Source: Eledone cirrhosa (lineage: Eukaryota). From it: 64,000 bases of DNA. Both the position numbers and the translations under genes were made by a program. Where the stretch lies: contig OZ024754.1 in the NCBI GenBank assembly GCA_964016885.1, positions 4,278,001 to 4,342,000 on the forward strand, read 5' to 3'. Shown here in pieces: positions 12,844 to 26,430 of this stretch; the stretch's first letter is position 1; each line of letters begins with the position of its first letter. The notes under the pieces are model-generated. The model saw only the letters and a list, made by a program, of their open reading frames with translations. It was not told the origin of the DNA and did not search any database.

Positions 12844-14912
12844 TTAAACTAACATGATTATTAACTTGTTCTCACTATCAGAAAACAACGAAGGTTATAT
12901 CTACATAAGAGATATATGCTTCTAGTCATTCCTACCAACCTACATGTTATGTTTGTTTACCTTATACATGTTCAGATTTAAAATAGTTATTTTCTTGTTG
13001 TTTCGGTCATGATCAACCTTGTTTAAATAAGTCTATAATCGAAGGCTTTCTAGACTAGATCATCCCATCCCATGTATAGAAGAAGCCGATCGCCAAATCA
13101 AACCAGAGAAACCAGGAATGATAAAGCACTCAAGCGTTATCTTGACACCGTAGTAATTATTTATTCGATGACTCCTTAATGACTCTACCAATTAGCCGCC
13201 TCTTAACGAAGGTATAGAGTTTAATTGGTAAAGAAAAAATGAACTTTATATTCTTATTTCTAACAAATGATTTGGGATAGTCAGCCCAAAATTCGAAACG
13301 TAATCACCCACTCGGTTCGCCGACAATGCTACACATACACAAGAGTGGTGCTTCCGTAGAACCACTGATGATTGATTTCACTCCTAAATTATATGGCGTC
13401 TGTATAGTTTCTAATAATGTTTGAAATAACATGAAAAGAGATTGGTTAGGAAAACAGATGAGTAAAATATATATAAATGTGCTTTTGATATCTCTCACAG
13501 ACGGTCTCACAACTATATTTACGTATGTATGTATACATAACAACACACATATATATATACATACATCATACTTATATACACATTTTTTTTGTATGTACAT
13601 ATATATATGTGTGTGTGTATGTGTATATATAGACATATATATATAGAGACATACACAAATATATATATATATACATAATCACATACATGCATATCTATGT
13701 GTATGTGTGTATGCGTATGTGTAAGAGTGAGAAATGGAGAGAGAAGGACAGACAGACAGCGAGAGAGGGGGAAAGAGAAAAACAGAGAGAGAGAGAGATG
13801 AAGGCATAAAAATATATGATGAAAAAGCCATAATTAAATAGAAAAAAAAAAATTTTCTGTAAGATTTTGGCAAAATATTTCATAGTATTTTCTCTTCCTC
13901 CGGATATTTCCATACGTCTTATCTGCAGTTTAATTTATGTTCGCTTTGTTTTTACTTTCGCTAAATTTTTTTTATTTTTTTTCACTTTGATTACAGAAGT
14001 AGATTTACTGGCATATGAATAATTGAGTGTATAGATTTTTACATTTCTCAACTGTGATTTTTGCTAATGAATACCAAATCAATAAACGATTCTTGGTGCC
14101 AAGACCATTAGAATTATATATATGAAAAAGGCAAGAACAAAATATAAAACAAAATTAATATCATTCTCTTATTAATCAAAGTTCTTTTTATATTCTTTTA
14201 TTTTTTTCAACAGAGAGTATGTTTCCCAATAATTGGCAAAAGTATCTTTCTACGAATGTATGCATTTGTGTTCACCATTGGTAACCCTGTCCATGTAGAA
14301 TGCGTACGTTTATATACAGACCGAGTCAATATTTATAGAATAGCTGTTGCTGGTTGTTTGGTTTTTAGAGAACTTTTATTACAAATAAGTGCATAAAACT
14401 TCTCAGATATTTTAAAGATAGTGATGGAAGCTCAAAAACACAAATCAAATGAGACGTTCGTTGGATCGGTTAAAGGAAGTTATGCCTCATGACTGATTCT
14501 ATCAATCGAATACAGTTCCTGGCAAAAAATGTCACCATGTATACGTGAAAGGTGTCATTTGTACTAAGAATGCAGAAAATCAGGATAGATAGCGTAAATC
14601 ATCCCGGTTAACACCTTACTAAATCTTCAAACCCGGCGTCTATGGTTTTCTACTTTATTTATCAACCTGAAAGTTGGATTCAGCGAACTTTGAAACCAGG
14701 GCGTTGAGAGCTAGAAGGCATACCAAAGAGCATTCCTGCCGACGTCTAACAACATTGTTATATATATATAGATATATCTGTGTGCGTGTGTGTGTGTGTG
14801 TGTTTGTGTGTTAGTCGTCTTTGCACATATAAGCTCGCATATCTATCAAGATGTGTGTGTAAGTATCATATCACAAATCACACCCACAATACTATCTTAC
14901 ATTATCTATTGT

Positions 14913-15084
14913 GGATTGGCAGTATCGGTAGAGGGTCGGACGCCAAGCTTTCTAGCATAGTTACGTCCCTTTACAGACTGAGTTCAAATCCCACCGAGGC
15001 TAACTTTGCCTTTCATCCTTACGGGGTCGATAAAATAAAGTACCAGTAATGTACTGAGTAATTGCTGGCCCAAATGTAGAAACG
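14913..15084 (+). mobile_element. Main SINE, short variant, with TSD
   Basis: ggattggcagtatcggtag ... gagttcaaatccc (B-box-like) ... gtcgataaaataaagtaccag ... tagaaac. TSD attatctattgt(14901-14912)/attatgtattgt(15085-15096). Confidence 0.9.
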
Positions 15085-15202
15085 ATTATGTATTGTACAA
15101 TGTCACTGATCTACAAAGAGACAGAATAGTTGGTCACAAGTGCAACGCTTGTTCTCTGAGATGCACCGAAATTAGGTACTGCTTCTGCTTTTGGGTTAAA
15201 TA

Positions 15203-15352
15203 ACTGTTTCTATTTTAGGCACAAGGCCAGCAATTACCCAGTACATTACTGGTACTTTATTTTATCGACCCCGTAAGGATGAAAGGCAAAGTTAACCTCG
15301 GCGGGATTTGAATTCAGATCATAAAGGGACGTAACTCTATGCTTCAAAGCAT
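15203..15352 (-). mobile_element. Main SINE, short variant, 5'-truncated
   Basis: Reverse complement of the same consensus; forms an inverted pair with 14913-15084. Confidence 0.9.
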
Positions 15353-15367
15353 ATGTATTCAATCCAT

Positions 15368-15510
15368 GGACGAACAGCCTACTCTTGAAATTAACCTGTA
15401 GGTATCCGAATATTCAACACATTCTTTTACCCTAAACATAATTCTCAGGAGGATTAAGCGTTACAGAAGGTGTGCTAAATCTAGCGCTTTGAAGTACAGG
15501 TAGATTTCAT
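15368..15510 (-). mobile_element. Old SINE central domain (third family)
   Basis: gaacagcctactcttgaaattaac ... shared with 18805-18895 and 55480-55600. Strand inferred from the 55420-55715 copy. Confidence 0.5.
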
Positions 15511-16067
15511 TATACAGGTTTCCAAACAGTCTCCGTATACCCAGATTAAATCACAAGGCATGGAAGACTCCGGTTCAATAATAAATGTACTTGCCCACGA
15601 TTCCAAACCCTTTAATCAAACCTGAGACCTAATGATTGTGAAGTATATTTCTAAGCAATTCGGCCACTTTATGTCCCCAAAATGTATAACAAACAAGAGG
15701 AGAAACCCCAGATCTCGAATCTAGTGTGATTGAACTTTACTTTATATATTTCCATTGAATTTGAATTGAAAACCTGACAAGACTCTACAAATATAGCGTA
15801 TAGAATTTTCAGATTTACATCTTTCAAGATAAGAATGTAATTTGCAGTAGAATCCTTAGCAGTTCTGTCTCCAGACATTTTAAGCTCAATTTTGGCTTTA
15901 ACTAGACTTCAATATAAAACAATAGAAATATACTTAAATATGTGTAATTTAAACTTTAGACAGCTGTAATTCTATGCTAATAGATGTTTCCTTTCACTTG
16001 AAAGTTTATAATTTCCTATTCCACACTGCCTATTATAAAGTCTGAAATTAGAATTATACAACGCAGT

Positions 16068-16180
16068 GAGAGGCAGAATTGGTGGAGCGTTGAATAAAAC
16101 ATCATGTGACATTTTGTTATGTCAGTTTGCGTTCAGAGTTCATATAACGCCCAAATCGACTTTAATCTTCATATTTAGAA
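16068..16180 (+). mobile_element. Old diverged copy of the main SINE lineage
   Basis: ggcagaattgg ... cagagttcatataacgcc ... gttgataaaataaa. Similar decayed copies at about 10800-10985, 14645-14755(-), 16615-16750(-), 19250-19430(-), 21645-21795(-), 22630-22930(-), 23300-23450, 34795-34995(-), 35440-35570(-), 41880-42045(-), 53590-53700 and 54625-54730(-). Confidence 0.6.
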
Positions 16181-17449
16181 GGTTGATAAAATAAAATGAA
16201 ATAGATTATACAAATACTTAGGCTCATATAAATGACTATACTCTCCAATGTGCGTTTGTGTGTGTTGAATGTACGTTGATGCTATTGTTCCAGATGTTTG
16301 ATCAACGAGAGGGTCGTCTCGTGATATGACCGTACAAGTAGATTTCTCAGCCCACACTTTTCTACGACCTCTTCAATCATGTATGAGATTGTACCAAGTT
16401 GCTTTTGGTATGTACATAAAACGACATGTATGAAAGACATTTGTAGGTTTATAGCTACTGCTGGTCTTTTCGAAGTCGATACTATAACTAATCCTCCGTG
16501 TGAGCTTAACTCCTGATAGATATACGGTGTATTCTGGGCATATAACTCTGATGCAACCCATCTTTGTCCAGTTCGGCAAACAGTGAGAGTGAGAGAATAA
16601 AAAAATATATATACAGGAAGAGTATTTTATATATCAACCGCGAAAGAATTAAAAATCAAAGATGACTTTGGCGGGATTTGAACCCTGGTCGCTTTTAGCC
16701 GGGTTTATTTAAACCGCAATCCTAACAACTCTGACAATTCGCTGCCTTCCACAGTTGCTGTTAGACCAGTAAACTGCTTAGCACATTAAATTACATTTGC
16801 GACTGCACGAAATAACTTCAGCAGAACATTTTATGATAATTGTTTCTTACAGAGATATGAGAGCGCAGGTTTTCCTTTGTTATCATTATTATTATTAGCA
16901 TCTTCAATCTCTCTCACACATACACACACAGCGAGAGGCTCGCACACACAAATGAGAATATGTGCTGTTCATGGCTTCTGCATTAGAAACATCAGTGAAT
17001 TGAAATATATCTAAATAGAAATGGAATTTGTCTCATGAATTGAACTTGCCACAAGGATATTTACAGCTACTTTAGTTTTCTCGGTGACTTTAGTTCCATA
17101 AATAAATTTAAAAAAAAAATAAGGATTAAATTAAGCTAAAATTAAAACCCCAAAACAAAAAAAGAAATCTGGTTTGTTTTCAGGGTTAATATATATAAAA
17201 AAATGGCTATCTTTATATTAGAAAAGAAACCTTTTAGCTTCTGTAAATTGTTACTTTTATAATCTAAATTTTCGAACATTAACAAAACTTATCTACTGGA
17301 TTGTCTGTTTTGTGATGGTTCTATTTATTCTGGCTCGTCTATCCTGAAGGCTTCTACCAACCATTTACGGACGCTTTCCATGCAGCCAACCATGCACACA
17401 TATACACACAGACATACATGTATATACATATATATACACATACATACAT

Positions 17450-17483
<34 letters not shown>

Positions 17484-18652
17484 GCATGTATATATACATA
17501 TATACATATATACACACATACATACATACACACACACATATAAACATGTGCATGTGTAGGCGATTGTTTGTTGTTGCTGTTGTTATTCTTCTCCATTAAT
17601 GCTATGGCGCTTTCCCCTCACGGTAATATTTTCTACGTACGACTGAAGTTTCAATTAAACGGCTTGTTTTTCAAATTTCCAAATATCCTATACTCCCCAC
17701 TCCTTCTCTATTTCTTTCTCACCCTCTCCCTGTCCCTCTCTCACTTATTCTCTCGATACATCTATCTAGCTATCTAGCTATCTCTCTAGCTATCCCCCTC
17801 TCTCTCTCTAGTTATCTTTTGCTCTCTCTCATCTTTTCTTAAAGTTATTTTTTGTAATTGTTTTTTTTTTGTTTTCATCTAGTCCTTTTTCAGTAATCCT
17901 TCTTGTAGCCATTTTTGTAATTTCCATTCTTTTTACCATTCGTACTGCCACCACCTCTTCTTCTTATTATTATCATTATTATTATTATTATTATTATTCC
18001 TTTTAGATTTTCGAACGTGTATTTAAAGAAATTACACGTAAAACCCTTCCAACCACGTGACCTAATTGCTCCCTTGTTTATTTGACTTCTTCTTCCAGAA
18101 CACTTGTCCCCCTTACTTCCTGTTTTGTTGCTCCTGTCCTTAAGATACGTTCGTCATAGCGTAAAGATTGCGTAATGGAGTAATCATCTTTTCAATCTGT
18201 TTGCGATGCACGTAGGAAATAAACGTAGGTTTAGTTGCTCTTTTAACTGCACTTCTATATAAGTGTAGGACCCAGAAAAAAGACATGGAGAAAAGACGTG
18301 ACGATAGCTCCTGGCACACCATTCAACTGAGTTTTTTTCTTTCACTTCTCTGGCAGTTGCTACATGGTTCCTGTTCCCTTGAAAACTATTAGTATGTCCA
18401 CATCCTACTTAAAGAGAAGAGAGAGTCTGCGTGATTACTCGACTTGCTAGAAATAGTAGGAGAATCTTCCATAAATTATATTAGCCCCTTAAATATGTAA
18501 ACTGCAACTTTAGAAAATGTAGTCCTATCTACATCTAAAAAGGCACGATAGTCATGGTTGAAACGTTTGTGATCATAGTTCTGGATCTGGATTTTCTCAG
18601 TGATCGTTAACCAGAGCTCAACATCATTATCCTTTAAACATATATATATAAA

Positions 18653-18725
18653 CTTACGGGGTCGATAAAATAAAGTACCAGTAATGCACTGGATAATTGC
18701 TGGCCTTGTGCCTAAAGTAGAAACA
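18653..18725 (+). mobile_element. 5'-truncated main SINE with a 22-bp TSD
   Basis: cttacggggtcgataaaataaagtaccag...tagaaaca flanked by attatcctttaaacatatatat at 18626-18647 and 18726-18747. Confidence 0.92.
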
Positions 18726-18922
18726 ATTATCCTTTAAACATATATATGACTTTATTTTCTCCATCATGAATATCGTATTTGATAATTAAGATGCGAAGAA
18801 ATGTTTCTGTTGTTCGATCAAAGGAACAGCTTGTTCCTGAAATTAGTGTGAAAATGGCCTACCATTCCACAGACACGTGCACTCTCGGCGATTCCACTAT
18901 GTAGCTAATTTGTACTTTAATT

Positions 18923-19109
18923 CAAGGTTTCTCAAATATTTTCAAACGTGGGACCCTTTTTTTGGTTCTGAAACTTTCGGGGGAACCTCAAAGTCTAATA
19001 TTGTTATATGGTCGTAATATGAATATACTCCTCTACCTTTTTTCACCGAACCCCAGGCACTCCTTTTCGGAACCCTTGGGTTCTGCAGAACCCACTTTGG
19101 GAACCACAG
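18923..19109. mobile_element. hAT-superfamily (Charlie-like) MITE, 187 bp
   Basis: Imperfect TIRs caaggtttctcaaa / tttgggaaccacag. Perfect 8-bp TSD ctttaatt (18915-18922, 19110-19117). Confidence 0.85.
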
Positions 19110-19845
19110 CTTTAATTTATCAACCCCATGAATGTGAAAGGCGCGGTGGGTTTGAACTCAGGAAGTTAAGATCCTTTGATTCCATCAAGTCACCGCAATT
19201 TAAGAAAAAATTGTTTCAAAATGAGGGACGATGTTGGTAGAGGCCGGGGAAGTAAAAATCGATAATATCGACTCAATCGTTTGACTGCTACTTTCTTTTA
19301 TCGACGCCAGGAGGATGAAAGGCAAAGTTGACCTCGGTGGGATTTGAAACCAGGAGGTAGCAGGTCATAAACAAACAAATACGATCCCCTACATCTGACA
19401 CACTAGTGATTCGGTTAACACAACGCCTTTTCTTTTAAATAAACAATAATTATTAGAATATTTAATCGGAAATAACTTCGGGAAAGGCGTTGAATTTGTA
19501 TATTTAGACATGAAATCTTACAATTAAAAGAAATAAATGTTTCAACTAACGAAAAATATTCATTATCTCTACCTTTCTTTCTCTCTTTCAACTTTAATTT
19601 TTTTTTTCTCTACCTAATTTGAGGGAATGAATTAATAACACATTAATAGCCCCAATCGATAAATTAATACAACACTACAAAATATAATGTGATGATATAA
19701 ACAAAAATACTGCACATTTAGCATTTCTCTTTGTTTTCCAATAATAGAGATAGAACAATAATAAACCATCCTTAGAAGTCATAAAGACTTTCTTTCGACA
19801 TGAAAAACATAAACCTATATAACAATTATTGTATTGTCTTCTTTA

Positions 19846-19943
<98 letters not shown>

Positions 19944-19967
19944 CATGTATATATATATATATATATA

Positions 19968-20135
19968 CCGGGTTCAATCGGAGGTAACCACAGTAAGTAA
20001 GATACTCAATACATAGCAGAGTGTGAATATTTAATATAGAAAGGCTTCTACAGGACTAGAACTTTTTCATTCGGGAGAAATCATTTCTCACGAATGAAAC
20101 AGTTTTAGTCCTGTAGAAGCCTTTCTATATTAAAT
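19968..20135. mobile_element. HHR element family B, palindrome truncated within the ribozyme core
   Basis: Centre at about 20081 (gagaaatcatttctc). The right arm keeps gaatgaaacagttttagtcctgtagaagcc. TA-flanked. Confidence 0.78.
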
Positions 20136-20239
20136 ATATATATATATATATATATATATCGGACGTTGATTTTCGTTAATTCCTGAACTGAAAACGATTC
20201 TCGCTAATTTATATTTGTATATATATATATATATATATA

Positions 20240-20376
20240 AAGATGGATTCAGTATGAAACTGGTTAGGCGATTACTCACTAGAATACTCGATACTTGCGG
20301 TAGTAGAGTATGTGTATATGAACGAGTCAGGACCCCACCCCGACGGCTGAGCTCTTGCCGTTCCAACACCTGAAAG
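20240..20376 (-). mobile_element. Element family C copy with the HHR 3' half
   Basis: Minus strand: GGAA CGGC AAGAGCUCA GCCG UC^ GGGGUGGGGUCCUGACUCGUUC ... actctactaccgcaagtatcgagtattc. Confidence 0.65.
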
Positions 20377-20935
20377 TATGTATATATATAAATATACATA
20401 TATATATATATACATATATTTGTGTGTACATATATCCAACTACATGTGTGTGTGTGTGTGTTTTATTTTTAGCAATTTCTCTGTTTGAAATGACATGGGC
20501 CACTAATTACAAACATCACTTTTCGTACGCCTTGACCATTACATTTTTTTTTATTCAGACATTTTATAGCCAGTAACACATTATCCAATATAAGCTTCCC
20601 TATTAACACCATAGGGTGTTAATAGGTTTACAGATTTGCCTTCTATTTCTAGCAGATTAAATGATTCCGTTTGTGTGAGGTGTAAATATTTGTTTGTTTG
20701 TTTTGTTTTTGTTTTGTTTCCTGTGTATTAAGATGATTAGCTGGTGTTGCTATAGTTTAGCCGAAGGTCAGTCGAATGAAAGTGACTTACCACCAATGTG
20801 TGCCACTCCTGCGACAGTGGGAACCTTATATCGTGCCTGTGTATTGAACGTGTTAATAGCATAATTACGGCCGGACCGGCACGTAAATGAGGTGTCGGTG
20901 TTATTGTCAATACATATGTGCACACCTACACCCAA

Positions 20936-20986
<51 letters not shown>

Positions 20987-21056
20987 GTGAAAGAGAGAGA
21001 GAAAGAGAGAGAGAGGGGGAGAGACATAGAGAGAGAGAGAGAGAGAGAGAGATATA

Positions 21057-21130
21057 CAGTGTGTCTCAAAAAAAAGTATACACACTTTGATTATCTGTAC
21101 AGGCAATATTTATTAGAATGCTGTTTAAGT
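21057..21130 (+). mobile_element. Tc1/mariner-like transposon end
   Basis: TA-cagtgtgtctcaaaaaaaagtatacacactttga...ctgtacagg..atattt..agaatgctgtt. A homologous end lies at about 36706-36772. Confidence 0.5.
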
Positions 21131-21166
21131 TTTTGTTTTACATGTTTCGGGACAGGGACACACACA

Positions 21167-21208
<42 letters not shown>

Positions 21209-21216
21209 TGTGTGTT

Positions 21217-21270
21217 AAAGTTAAATTCTCAAATTTGACCAATTTACTCTTAGACATACCAGTTACACAC

Positions 21271-21334
<64 letters not shown>

Positions 21335-21380
21335 CTGGTATGTCTAAGAGTAAATTGGTCAAATTTGAGAATTTAACTTT
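21217..21380. repeat. Perfect inverted repeat (about 55 bp) enclosing (GT)n
   Basis: aaagttaaattctcaaatttgaccaatttactcttagacataccagttacac and its exact reverse complement ending at 21380. Confidence 0.92.
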
Positions 21381-24219
21381 TTTCTTTTTCTTTTGGCTAT
21401 TTTATACTCGAGTATATCGCTTAAATTGCCCATCGAGAGAGACAAATCGGTGCGGAGTTGCTTTCGGGAGTCTTTCCATTGCCGATACTATCTGCCGGTT
21501 GTAATTACTAGCAGAATGTGCGAAGGGAAATAAAGTATTTTGTTCAAGAAGACAATCTGCCTAGTCCAAGAATCGAACCTATGAACATGTGAATAAAAAA
21601 AAATATAGAAGAAGAAGAAGAAGAAGAAGAAACCACAATGTTTGAATCGTAATTTAGTTATCGATGCCGGAAGAATAAATTTATAGTAATGTTGACCTGG
21701 GCCAGATTTGAACCAGGAGCGCAGAGCCGGAACAAATAATATAAGACATTCGTTATATTCGATGTTCGAACGACCATTCAGCCAATTTGCTGCCTTAAGT
21801 ATTGACTATTAATCATGATTTATTGAGACAGCCTGGCATGACAAACTAGAAAATATTCCAAAACTAGTCGCTTGTTTAATCATGCTTTTTTCTGTATCAT
21901 TTGTTGTTTTTTTTGTTATGTTTTGTGTCTTCTTTATTTCTTTCCTTCGATCTCTCTTCCTTTCTTTCTTTCGCTGTCTCTTTCTTTTGCTATTCCATAT
22001 ATTCTTCGTCCATACGTCCTCAATACTACTCCGCATGTCTTCTTTCTCTTTGGCACTCCTTTTTTTTCACCCCTCTTTCTCTTCCACCTTTATATCTCAC
22101 TTTCCTTCACACACACACGCTCACAGACACTCACACACGCACGCACACACATACATAAATAGAATCATTTCTTTCTTTCTGTCTTTCTTTCGTTATCACT
22201 CTCTATTTTTTTTAATTCCTCTTCTGTCCAATCGTTAGCATTTGTAACGCTTTTTAAACATCGCATCAGTTACACGCCTAGAATAACGAGGAAAGGCTTT
22301 GAAGAGAAATGGTTTATCTTTCATGGTAGATTGGTAAATAAACAGTGGGTGGTGGGGACCAGGTGGGGGTGAATACTATTTTTATGGACGTTTTATTGAA
22401 TGATAAAAATTGCAGTTCAAACATTTGAACAAAGGTTATACGGGATGTGGGATCTGCTAAGGAAGAAATAAAGGTGGGTGGGGGTTAAATCGAAACGAAA
22501 GAATTTATCATCGAAATGTATCTTTACTAGAGAGATACAAAGACCAACAACACAAAACATAAATAGGAATACACAAAGGAAAAAACAAGATATAATAATC
22601 TCTTCTATTGTTGGCATATAGCTACATATTTAGACGAGGGGCACAGGAGAGTGGGGTCGGATAATTTGACCCTAATATTTGAAATATACTAATGTCATCG
22701 ATCTTGTAAGGATGAAAGGTGAAGCTGTACTCAGATGGATTGGAACTCAGGTCCTGAAGGGAAGAATTAAATACCAGAAAGTAATTTCTTTCGTTTGTCC
22801 ATTATTCTGGCCTTCACCCCACTATAGTAATAGCAGTAATAATTTCTATATTAGGCACGAGCCCAGCAAATTAGGGCAGGAGGAAAGTCAATTAAATTGA
22901 CCCTAGTATTTGACTGGTACTTTATTTCATTGGAGGAACCTGCTCGTTAGTGCTTCGCTTTGTCAGCCCATCGTGGTAGTAGGTTTTGTGTCATATTTCT
23001 TTTAACATGGCGTCCACAACGGGACATAGCTTTGTAATGACCTTGAGAATATGACGTATCATAAGGACTAGCAAGTCCATGTTGACCCTTCTTGACAACA
23101 TATTCTTAGTATTTTCCCATTAATCGCTTGTTCATATTAAATTACAAAGGCAACAACAACCCAACGGGTCTCTGTCTCTTACTAATCATTTGACTATCAC
23201 ACTTGTTTCTTTTACAATCTCTGCCTGACTTCATACTTCCTCATCAGTCCCAAATCTTATTGAAGACAGTACCACAGCATTTATCATTCTCTATACACAA
23301 CATAAAATGGTTAAAACATGGGATAGAATACTTTGTGTTATTCATTCCGACTCGGTGAGTTCAAATCCTATGGTATCAAAATTTCCTGGCATCCTTTTGA
23401 GATCGATAATCAAAGTAACATTCCTGTTCTGGGGTCGATTCTTCCTCTATATCACTTTTTCACTTCCTCTCTTCTCTAGAAGAAATCGGCTGTGTTCTCA
23501 CCTGCAGAGGAGATGGGCTCCACCAAGTTTTAAAATGCCAAAGAAATACTGTATATCACTGCGGTGCCCTTAAGACTGTGAGTTACAGGTGAACTAAGAA
23601 GACTAAAATACATAATCTACTAGCCTAGACATCTGACAGATCCCTATTTAATCTTGTTTACAGTTCACAGTAGGGGCACAGCTATAAGTTAAATCCTTGC
23701 TTCACACTGAATTGCTTGAAATGTTGAAGCCTATTTTTCTTAAATCAAATTGCACCATTTTAAAAATATTTCTTTACAACGAAAACCTTCTTTGTTTTCA
23801 TATTATAAATCAAGTTTCTGGAATAAAGTACTGGGTCACTGTTATCCATTATCACTCTTTGCAAAGGCATTTGTGTAGACGCTATTTCTTACTTCTAACA
23901 AGGAAGAGACGAGAAATACCCTGGGTAGTCTGCACACTGCGTATACTCTACCTTTATAAACATCGGTTCAGTTATTGTTGTTGTTTTTTTAGATCCTCTG
24001 TTACTTTTACTTTGTTCCAGAGATACACTGGGTTATATTGATGGATCCCTGTGAGGAGAATTTAACAACCATATTTGAATTTGGTGCAAACGAAATATCT
24101 ATTTTCTCAGATAGCTGTATATGCCTATTTCTGACGTAGAAAAACGTTTTGCTTGCATACACTAGTGTGTGTGTGCGTGTGTGTGTATGTATAATAGATA
24201 AAGTAATTTAGAAATTTAG

Positions 24220-24261
<42 letters not shown>

Positions 24262-24619
24262 TATATATATGTATAGTACGAGAAATAAAGAGAGAGAAAA
24301 TGCGTGTTTATTCAAGAGGGACATCATACAAATTAATATAAATGAGGGAATTTATAGTAGATGTAAATATCCCCAAAGTGAAATGGTCCCCAAACTATTG
24401 ACCAATATATGGAACTGACCTCTCATAAAACATGTCACCGAACACGAACTGACATTAAAAATATATACTCTGACTAATCTCTCTACTAATGTAAAGAAAA
24501 AAAACGGGACCAATAAGATGTGACCAGCTAAAAAGAGATGGACAGATGAATAAAACATAACAACATCTAGATCAATGATAAAAGGTTCAATATCATACTT
24601 CTCATCAACACAACAATCA

Positions 24620-25130
24620 TCATCAGCATCACATACATCACCAGTATGACTATCATCCCTTCATCCTCATCTACGCCGTCGTCTTACCATACATCATCAT
24701 CACCATCATATTCACCACCGTCGCCCCATGTCACACCCACTTCCCCCTCCATTCTCTGCATGATCACCAACGCCATCACTAGCCCCCAAACCACCACCAT
24801 CATAATCATCATCATCATAACCACCGTTGCCCCGTGTCGCCCCCACTACCCATCCATCCTCAGCATGATCACCGACACCATCATCATCCCCAAACCACCA
24901 CCACCAACGCCATCATCATCACCTTCATCTTCACCTCCGTCGTCCCCGCTACTCCCTATCCTCTGCCATGATCACCAACACCATCATCATCATCCTCCTC
25001 CAAACCATCACCACCAACATCATCATCTTCACCACCGACGCCCCCACTACCATTCCATCCTCAGCCTGATCACCACCACCACCACCACCACCAACACCAA
25101 TCTGGACCCTGAATCACCTCACCATTACTA
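24620..25130. repeat. Degenerate (CAC/CAT)n low-complexity tract with an internal recurring motif
   Basis: A motif like cccccactac.c.tccatcctc.gcatgatcacc recurs about four times. Confidence 0.85.
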
Positions 25131-25375
25131 ACACTATGATCAGTTAATATTAAACATTAATGTCCTCCTCCCCGGAGACCATTAATTCCCATCCCCATCC
25201 CACGGCACCTCCCCACTGGCATTTCTCTAAGATTTCCTTCTATCACCACATCATAGAGCAAAAAAAACTACAAAAATATTAAAAAAAACATACCTAACTC
25301 TAGCACCAACATTACCACTGACACTCAATATATATGTACTTGGTACACAGTCATAGCTGTATGATTGGCACGTTT

Positions 25376-25530
25376 GCATGGCTGAGTGGTTAATGAGGTC
25401 ACTTCGTAATCATGAGGTCTTGGTTTCGAACCCACAACCTGGTATTTCGGGCCATTATCTTCACCAAAACCCCCGGTGGACTCAAACCTTGCAAGTAAAA
25501 TTGGATAAACTGATGGATTCTCTCTGTAAT
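25376..25530 (+). mobile_element. tRNA-derived SINE (second family)
   Basis: A-box-like tggctgagtggt and B-box-like ggtttcgaaccc; body related to 41593-41757. Confidence 0.6.
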
Positions 25531-26014
25531 CCAAGGATCCACCATGAAATCTTATTTTAAAAGACACAGAATCTATTCCTTTATGGCCTTCATATATAAG
25601 ACGATATCTTTTGATTAAATTGAGGTTTAGCTACTATTTCTTGTAGGTCAAACGACCACCTAAAGCCCCATCGCTGCTGTAGTTTAATCATTGATGTATT
25701 GTTATTGTTGCTGTCCTTATTTATTTTTTTATAAAATTATATTTTAAGTGACACAGTATCTATTCTTGTTGCTATGGTTACTAGTACTGATACTCTTACT
25801 ACCGCTGTATTTGTGACTGTTGTTGTTGTTACTGATAATTTCCTTAGTCTCTATTGTTATCGTTGTAACAATTCGCTGCTTTTGTTAATATTTAGCTCGT
25901 CCAGTTTTTTATTTTTTTTATTTTGGTACAATTACTGTTTCCATAACAACAACAAAATCTTCAATAATAGTAATAACGGTTTCTGACTTAAGCACAAGGC
26001 CATAATAATAATAA

Positions 26015-26196
26015 TAATGTCTTTATTATCCACACAGGGCTCACATTAAGGAAACATTAAAGACAGTAGAAGACGATACAGTGTGCGGGATTTTTTTTTT
26101 GTGTAAAATAAAATGTATAACAGGGACTAAGAAAAATAAACATTAAAAAAATATATATCAATTCCCCAAAGATGGGGAGACTCTAAGGGTCACTCA
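26015..26196 (-). mobile_element. LINE 3' tail fragment in (AAT)n
   Basis: The minus strand ends gccctgtgtggataataaagacattattatt, similar in layout to the 57633-57916 tail. Confidence 0.45.
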
Positions 26197-26221
26197 ATAA
26201 TAATAATAATAAAAACAATAA

Positions 26222-26430
26222 TGGTTTCTTATATAGGCACAAGGCCAGCAATTTGGGGGGAGGGGAAAGTCGTTTCAAACGACCCCAGTGCGTGACTGGT
26301 ACTTTATTTTATCGACCCCATAAGGATGAAAGGCAAAATTAACCTCGGCGGGATTTGAACTCAGATCGTAAAGGGCCATAATTCTATGCTGCAAAGCATG
26401 GCGTTCGACCCTCTACCGATACTGCCAACA
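26222..26430 (-). mobile_element. Main SINE, long variant
   Basis: Full consensus, including the gggggaggggaaagtcg...cgaccccagtgc segment. Confidence 0.9.

Noticed and set aside
23140-23200. GNNNPTGLCLL resembling an RTE endonuclease motif
   Set aside because: Too short and unsupported by flanking motifs.
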